From: an uncultured bacterium
GTDB taxonomy: Bacteria; Zixibacteria; MSB-5A5; JAABVY01; JAHJOQ01
NCBI GenBank assembly: GCA_965369655.1
Contig: CBDUQR010000060.1
Location: 1 to 13,084, forward strand
Reading direction: 5' to 3'
Length of the DNA stretch: 13,084 nucleotides
The translations under genes and the position numbers were made by a program. Below are positions 8,722-13,084 of this stretch, in pieces (the stretch's first letter is position 1; each line of letters opens with the position of its first letter). The notes beneath the pieces were generated by a model. That model did not search any database. It was not told the DNA's origin and was given only the letters and a program-made list of their open reading frames with translations.

Positions 8722-9497
8722 GATCCTGAGGCTTGTTGAGATGTCCCTCTCTGCTCGTGGACTTTTTCGAGCAACTTCTCGGCCTTATGCTCCCACTTGT
8801 GACCGGGGAATGTTTGCAGGAGGTTAGTCAGCTTGGCTTCAGAGTCCTCGTATTTCTCCTCTTTCCTATCCATCCGGGCAAGGACATACAACGCGCAGCC
8901 TCTCCACTCGGGGGACTCGAAATCGGTGACGACACTCTCGAGATAGACTCTCGCAGCCTTATGCATGCCCATCTTGTAATACTGCTCGCCACTCTTGAAT
9001 GTCTTTTCAGCGATTCGCGCATTGCACTTTGCAAGCAGTTCCTCCGCCTCTCCGATCAACTCCGACTGCGGGAAATCCTCGATGAAATTCTCCAACTCGG
9101 AGATTGCCGTGTATGTATCAGACTGATCGAGGCCTGTATTCTTCGGCGCGGAGAGATAATAGCACTTGCCGATCATGAGCTGTCCGTCATCCGCAAGTGA
9201 ACTGTGCGGGAAATTCCTTGTCAGCCTGCGAAATTCAGCCACGGCAAGTATGTAGTCCTCATCGTTGTAATAGCACATGCCGAGGTAATACTGCACTGAA
9301 TCGATGAAACTGACCCCCGAGTAATTGAACACAATCAGCCTGAAGGCTTCCGCAGCCTGATAATACTTGCCGCGCTCATAGAGGTCCTGTGCCGTGGCAT
9401 ACTGATCCTCGGCGTTATCCTTAGTCAATTTGCCGGTGGATGAACACCCCACAACCAGCAATGTCAGAACTGTCACGAACAAGATGAAATTGCGCAT
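8718..9497 (-). CDS. bamD: Outer membrane protein assembly factor BamD (TPR lipoprotein)
   Basis: Lipoprotein signal ending LVVG-C. TPR-like helices with the recurring FP.S pattern, the DQSDT..A motif and G..YYKMG...AA. GGGAG at 9510-9506 favours ATG 9497; the alternative is ATG 9503. Confidence 0.88.
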   Translation of the reverse strand: MRNFILFVTVLTLLVVGCSSTGKLTKDNAEDQYATAQDLYERGKYYQAAEAFRLIVFNYSGVSFIDSVQYYLGMCYYNDEDYILAVAEFRRLTRNFPHSSLADDGQLMIGKCYYLSAPKNTGLDQSDTYTAISELENFIEDFPQSELIGEAEELLAKCNARIAEKTFKSGEQYYKMGMHKAARVYLESVVTDFESPEWRGCALYVLARMDRKEEKYEDSEAKLTNLLQTFPGHKWEHKAEKLLEKVHEQRGTSQQASGS

Positions 9498-9509
9498 TGT
9501 CATAGCTCC

Positions 9510-10118
9510 CTACCTCGATGCAAAAAACAGGTATACCAGTCCGCCTACTATCGAAGATACGATCACCGGCTCCCAGATCTTCTGCACCGGACCGGGGGGA
9601 ATATCGGCGCCGAACAGCCGGGATGATTCGTCCTCGAGCGATTCTATTTCTGCAAGATCGATTTTCTCTTCATAACTGCGTATCAGGTAGTCCTCCCAGA
9701 TGGTCGAACCTGTCTCCAGCAGTTTCACACTGCCGGCGACGTCGAGCACGCGGTAAATGTCGCCTCGCGAGAACACCCCGCCGTTGCGATTCTGATAGGA
9801 GAACTCCAGCCGACTGAGCTGAAACCCGAGACCGTTTTGAGCTGCGGGATCTTTCTCCGATATTCGAGTGATTCCGGACGATTCGAGTTCTTCGCTGAGC
9901 GCCGCTCCGGAGACATTCAGTTCATCGACAGGCGGCGCATCATAGAGCACATAGACCGGCTGCGGCATGGAACCGGGGACGAGCCTGATTGATTCAGAGA
10001 AAAATGACTCAAGACTGCGGCGAACGAACCGTTCGTTCGAATCAGCGGCATATATGCTGGCGGCCTGTAGCACAATCAGCGTAGCAACGGCTCCGATACA
10101 CCGTATCTTATATGTCAT
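9510..10118 (-). CDS. Hypothetical exported or membrane-anchored protein
   Basis: Fills the gap between the transglycosylase and bamD on the operon strand. The N-terminus resembles a signal peptide (MTYKIRCIGAVATLIVLQAASIYAA). The C-terminus is a hydrophobic helix ending in Arg (IWEPVIVSSIVGGLVYLFFASR). Start is uncertain: ATG 10118 preferred over GTG 10136. Confidence 0.8.
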   Translation of the reverse strand: MTYKIRCIGAVATLIVLQAASIYAADSNERFVRRSLESFFSESIRLVPGSMPQPVYVLYDAPPVDELNVSGAALSEELESSGITRISEKDPAAQNGLGFQLSRLEFSYQNRNGGVFSRGDIYRVLDVAGSVKLLETGSTIWEDYLIRSYEEKIDLAEIESLEDESSRLFGADIPPGPVQKIWEPVIVSSIVGGLVYLFFASR

Positions 10119-10761
10119 ATTCTTCTTTGAGTGCACGGTACTTCTTCATCACCTTGGCGAGATAGACTTTCGGTGGGTCCTTCTTCATTCTGAGGATGCT
10201 CCGTAGTTTTGTCTCGCCGATATTGTACGCCGTTATCGCTTCTTTGAGATCGCCGAACTTGAGAACCAACTCGAACAGATAGAGGCTGCCCAGCCGCACG
10301 TTGTACTCAGGCTCGAACAGCATGCTTCTGTTGTACCAGTCGATTCCGCTTCTGTCCGCAATGGCGGAACCGACAGAAGGCTTAACCTGCATCAACCCCA
10401 TCGCGCCCATGTGCGACACCTGACCCTTCCTGAACGAACTCTCCACCTGGATCAGCGCGAGAAGCAGCAACGGATCGTATCCGTATTTTCTGCTTTCTTC
10501 ATACACTACGTTCGCAAGCCTTCCGACTTCAGACGGCCGCATTCCTATTTGGAAACCCTCGATGATGTCTAATATCTTGAGCTTTTCCTCGAGCTGTTCA
10601 ATCCTGGACTGCTGAAAGCGGATCAACTTATCGTTCTCATACTTCTCCGTCAGCAGATAGAATATCGTCGCAGACTGGAAGACATAGATCAACGCGAAGA
10701 TAAGAGCGACCGGACGCGACATTGCGAGTCCGCTTATTCGAAACGATTTCTCCTGCATCAT
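10108..10761 (-). CDS. Lytic transglycosylase (SLT domain) with N-terminal transmembrane anchor
   Basis: SLT motifs IQVESSF (catalytic Glu), GAMGLMQV, LFEPEYNV and AYNIG. Preceded by a hydrophobic helix (VALIFALIYVFQSATIFYLL) and a coiled-coil-like stretch. AGGAG at 10773-10769 supports ATG 10761 (or 10758) rather than 10800. Confidence 0.92.
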   Translation of the reverse strand: MMQEKSFRISGLAMSRPVALIFALIYVFQSATIFYLLTEKYENDKLIRFQQSRIEQLEEKLKILDIIEGFQIGMRPSEVGRLANVVYEESRKYGYDPLLLLALIQVESSFRKGQVSHMGAMGLMQVKPSVGSAIADRSGIDWYNRSMLFEPEYNVRLGSLYLFELVLKFGDLKEAITAYNIGETKLRSILRMKKDPPKVYLAKVMKKYRALKEEYDI

Positions 10762-10774
10762 CTCTCCGCTCCTG

Positions 10775-12088
10775 TCACACGTCGGCGGCGTACAGATCAT
10801 ACGCTTCCGCCGACAGAATGCGGCCCTTAACTACAGTGCCGACCCTGTGCCTTCCGCTCAGCAGAACCGAGCCATCGATCTCCGGCGCCTGCGATAACAT
10901 CCGTGCCCAAACCCGACCGGCATCAGCCGGACCATCGACAAGCATTTTATGAACACTACCGACGAGCGCATGATTGCGCATCAGCGACTGTTCCTGCACG
11001 AGGTTCATCATAGCGTCGATCCGGCGCGCGATGGTACTCTCTCTGACTCGACCATCGAGTCGGAATGACTTCGTGCCCTCTTCGGCGGAATAGCCGAAGA
11101 CTCCAACCCTCTCGATATTAAACTCCTTCTGGAAACGCAACAGTTTTTCGAAGTCCGCGGTCGTTTCGCCAGGGTGCCCCAGAAGGTACGTTGTACGAAT
11201 CGTTATTTCCGGAGCGGTCTCACGCAGCTTCGTAACCAGCCTGCGAACGGTCTTAGATGTCACTTTGCGTCCCATCAGCTTGAGCATTCTATCGGAAATA
11301 TGCTGAATCGGAAGATCAATATATGGGATGACCTGATTATTCGAGGCGATCACGCTTATGAGCCTGTCATCGACATGCTTCGGATGCGCATACATAACAC
11401 GTATCACAAACCGTTTATCCAATTCGCTGAGAAAGCCGAGCAGGTCAGCCAGTCTTCTCTTGCCGTAAATGTCGGTCCCGTACATTGTGGCGTCCTGTCC
11501 GATCAGGATCAGTTCACGAAAACCATCGGTTGCAAGCTGACTCGCCTCCCTGAGAATATCCGCAACGGGGCGACTCCGGAAACGCCCCCGAATCTGAGGT
11601 ATCGCGCAGTATGAACAATGATTATCGCACCCATCAGAGATTTTGAGATACGCGTAGCTCTTCCTCGATCGAAGCGGCAGGACGTCGTGTTTCTGGTAAC
11701 GACGCGTCAGTTTCCCGGTGAAACCATCGGTACCATTGTCGGAAGTGACTATACTCCGAATGTTCTTCAGATCGCAGATGCCGAGGAAATGATCGACTTC
11801 GGGCATCCCTGCGGCAAGCTCCTCTTTGTAACGCTGCGCGAGGCATCCCGACACGACAAGTTTCTTCCCCTCGCCGGCAGACTTGATTCGCGCCAGTTCG
11901 AAAATCTCCTCAATCGATTCTTCTTTCGCCTCAGTAATAAACCCGCACGTATTCACGATGAGCAAGTCGGCTTTCTCGGGAGAATCGACCATTTTGCAGC
12001 CAATCTGCTCCAGATATGATGCCATCAGATCGCCGTCGATTTCGTTCTTAGGACATCCGAGGTTTTTCAGGAATACTCTGCGGTTCAT
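10775..12088 (-). CDS. rimO: Ribosomal protein S12 methylthiotransferase RimO
   Basis: 437 aa. UPF0004 cysteines LGCPKN, NTCGFI..AKEES and SGCLAQRY. Radical SAM motif CDNHCSYCAIP. Also IGQD, YIDLPIQH and the C-terminal APEIDG typical of RimO rather than MiaB. Confidence 0.94.
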   Translation of the reverse strand: MNRRVFLKNLGCPKNEIDGDLMASYLEQIGCKMVDSPEKADLLIVNTCGFITEAKEESIEEIFELARIKSAGEGKKLVVSGCLAQRYKEELAAGMPEVDHFLGICDLKNIRSIVTSDNGTDGFTGKLTRRYQKHDVLPLRSRKSYAYLKISDGCDNHCSYCAIPQIRGRFRSRPVADILREASQLATDGFRELILIGQDATMYGTDIYGKRRLADLLGFLSELDKRFVIRVMYAHPKHVDDRLISVIASNNQVIPYIDLPIQHISDRMLKLMGRKVTSKTVRRLVTKLRETAPEITIRTTYLLGHPGETTADFEKLLRFQKEFNIERVGVFGYSAEEGTKSFRLDGRVRESTIARRIDAMMNLVQEQSLMRNHALVGSVHKMLVDGPADAGRVWARMLSQAPEIDGSVLLSGRHRVGTVVKGRILSAEAYDLYAADV

Positions 12089-12097
12089 TGGGAGGTC

Positions 12098-12745
12098 TCA
12101 CGGGAGTCGGATTTCTTCGACTCCTTTGGGCGTCTTGAAGTTGAAAGTCTCCGGCTTCAGCCCCTTGTCTATTTTCAAATCCTTAAAGACTATCTCGACC
12201 CTGTTACCGTTGATGTCAATATATTCTGCCCTGTGAGTCAGCAGGTCTTTCCTACCGACGAAGAGCGTCATCCGCTGGATAAATTCATCCTTCTCATCGC
12301 TCACCAGCTCCACACGGCGGCATTCTATCTTACCGAGAACGGTGTCGGGCAGGAGCGTTGCCGAATACGATTCTCTGAACGTAAAGAGATAGTCGCTCGG
12401 TCTTACAAGGTCCGCCGTCTTTGAAACCCTGTCTATCGTCACCTGTTCGTTTTCTTTGGAGTATACCCAGAGAAGCTTCCCATCAGATACGATCGTCTGA
12501 TCCTCGGTCTGCATCCTGAACTTGTCGCCCTTCGCCAGGTACATCTTCCCGGAGGTCTTCTGCGTCGACGCGAACACTCCCGAATAGACCTGCTGCTCGA
12601 ACGAGACCTCGAGATCAAGCAGGTCATCGTACCGTTTCTGAAGCTCAGCGAGGACATCTTCTGACGTCTGAGCCTGCACTCCGCCGATGAAAAACGCCGC
12701 CACCAGTATGACGGCAAACAGGATATGGTTCTTGCAATAGCGCAT
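12098..12745 (-). CDS. lolA: Outer membrane lipoprotein carrier protein, LolA family
   Basis: 215 aa with a cleavable signal peptide (VQA-Q). LolA-type pattern FEQ...SGKMYL...KFR...IVSDGKLLWVY....QV...D.NGN...F.FKTPKGVE. RBS GGGAGAG upstream. Confidence 0.85.
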   Translation of the reverse strand: MRYCKNHILFAVILVAAFFIGGVQAQTSEDVLAELQKRYDDLLDLEVSFEQQVYSGVFASTQKTSGKMYLAKGDKFRMQTEDQTIVSDGKLLWVYSKENEQVTIDRVSKTADLVRPSDYLFTFRESYSATLLPDTVLGKIECRRVELVSDEKDEFIQRMTLFVGRKDLLTHRAEYIDINGNRVEIVFKDLKIDKGLKPETFNFKTPKGVEEIRLP

Positions 12746-12800
12746 ACTTACTCTCCCGTAGTAATATACACTTTATCCGAGCGTTAGCTCACTTAATCTT

Positions 12801-12879
12801 GGGTAGTGGGTCAGTTTCAGATATATCGATTCAGTCTTAGTTATTTAAGTCAATTGAGGGTAGTGGGTCAGCTTGAGAT
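12801..12879 (+). repeat. Two direct 22-bp repeats resembling IS1-family terminal repeats
   Basis: GGGTAGTGGGTCAGTTTCAGAT (12801-12822) and GGGTAGTGGGTCAGCTTGAGAT (12858-12879) are 20/22 identical and separated by 35 AT-rich bp. The repeat is directly visible. The IS-end interpretation rests on the GGTAGTG start (IS1 ends begin GGTGATG/GGTAATG) and the adjacent transposase fragment. Confidence 0.8.
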
Positions 12880-12896
12880 TCCGTTACGAGATTCCT

Positions 12897-13077
12897 CTTG
12901 AGAACCTAACGCACGCAGTTTCGCTCTTCTTCATGTACTACAACTTCGTTCGCTATACATCGGACGTTGAAGGTTACGCCCGCAATGGAAGCAGGAGTGA
13001 CTGACAGGCTGTGGAATCTTGAGGATATTGTGAATCTTCTCGAAGAGAAGGAATCGGCAGGCAGTAAGGCTGAGTAG
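12897..13077 (+). pseudogene. Truncated, frameshifted C-terminal fragment of an IS1-family-like DDE transposase
   Basis: 12897-12953 translates as LENLTHAVSLFFMYYNFVR. Skipping one extra T at 12954, 12955-13077 gives IHRTLKVTPAMEAGVTDRLWNLEDIVNLLEEKESAGSKAE*. The joined YNF.R.H.TL..TPAM.AG.T...W pattern is what I recognise as the C-terminus of IS1-like transposases. No start codon or upstream catalytic region is present. Confidence 0.78.
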
Positions 13078-13084
13078 ATCGCTT

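Noticed and set aside
10762..10800. Longer transglycosylase start overlapping the end of rimO
   Set aside because: AGGAG precedes ATG 10761/10758, while the upstream ATG has no evident RBS and overlaps rimO.
6..12424. Numerous + strand ORFs, e.g. 5339-6202 (287 aa), 3282-3998 (238 aa), 2330-2920, 8149-8739 and 1068-1598
   Set aside because: All lie antisense to well-supported minus-strand genes and show no recognisable motifs. They are typical shadow ORFs caused by codon bias.
12823..12857. dif/Xer-like site in the AT-rich spacer (TTATTTAAGT resembles a XerD arm)
   Set aside because: Only a partial match to TTATGTTAAAT, with no XerC arm at 6-bp spacing.
12801..12879. CRISPR mini-array (22-bp repeat, 35-bp spacer)
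   Set aside because: Only two imperfect, non-palindromic repeats, no third copy at the expected period and no cas genes in the window. IS-end origin explains them better.
12948..12960. Programmed ribosomal frameshift in the transposase fragment, as in classical IS1 insA-insB
   Set aside because: No A6C-type slippery run, and the shift lies near the C-terminus rather than at the insA/insB boundary. A decay mutation or sequencing error is more likely.

Overview
This window is almost entirely a compact bacterial housekeeping cluster with all twelve genes on the minus strand. In transcription order they are: LolA-like lipoprotein carrier, rimO, membrane-anchored lytic transglycosylase, hypothetical envelope protein, bamD, nadD, polA, coaE, split transketolase (N- and C-terminal subunits), class I/II PLP aminotransferase, and ATP-dependent PEP carboxykinase (pckA). 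pckA runs off the left edge and is missing from the supplied ORF track. LolA and BamD indicate a diderm host. The only accessory-looking DNA is the last ~290 bp. It holds two direct 22-bp repeats resembling IS1-family termini, followed by a truncated, frameshifted C-terminal fragment of an IS1-like transposase on the + strand. I see no convincing new multi-gene system. The best leads are the IS relic with its duplicated ends, the coupled aminotransferase-pckA pair with an upstream CRP/Rex-type palindrome, and the uncharacterised envelope gene between the transglycosylase and bamD. All family assignments come from recognising motifs by eye; no database searches were run.
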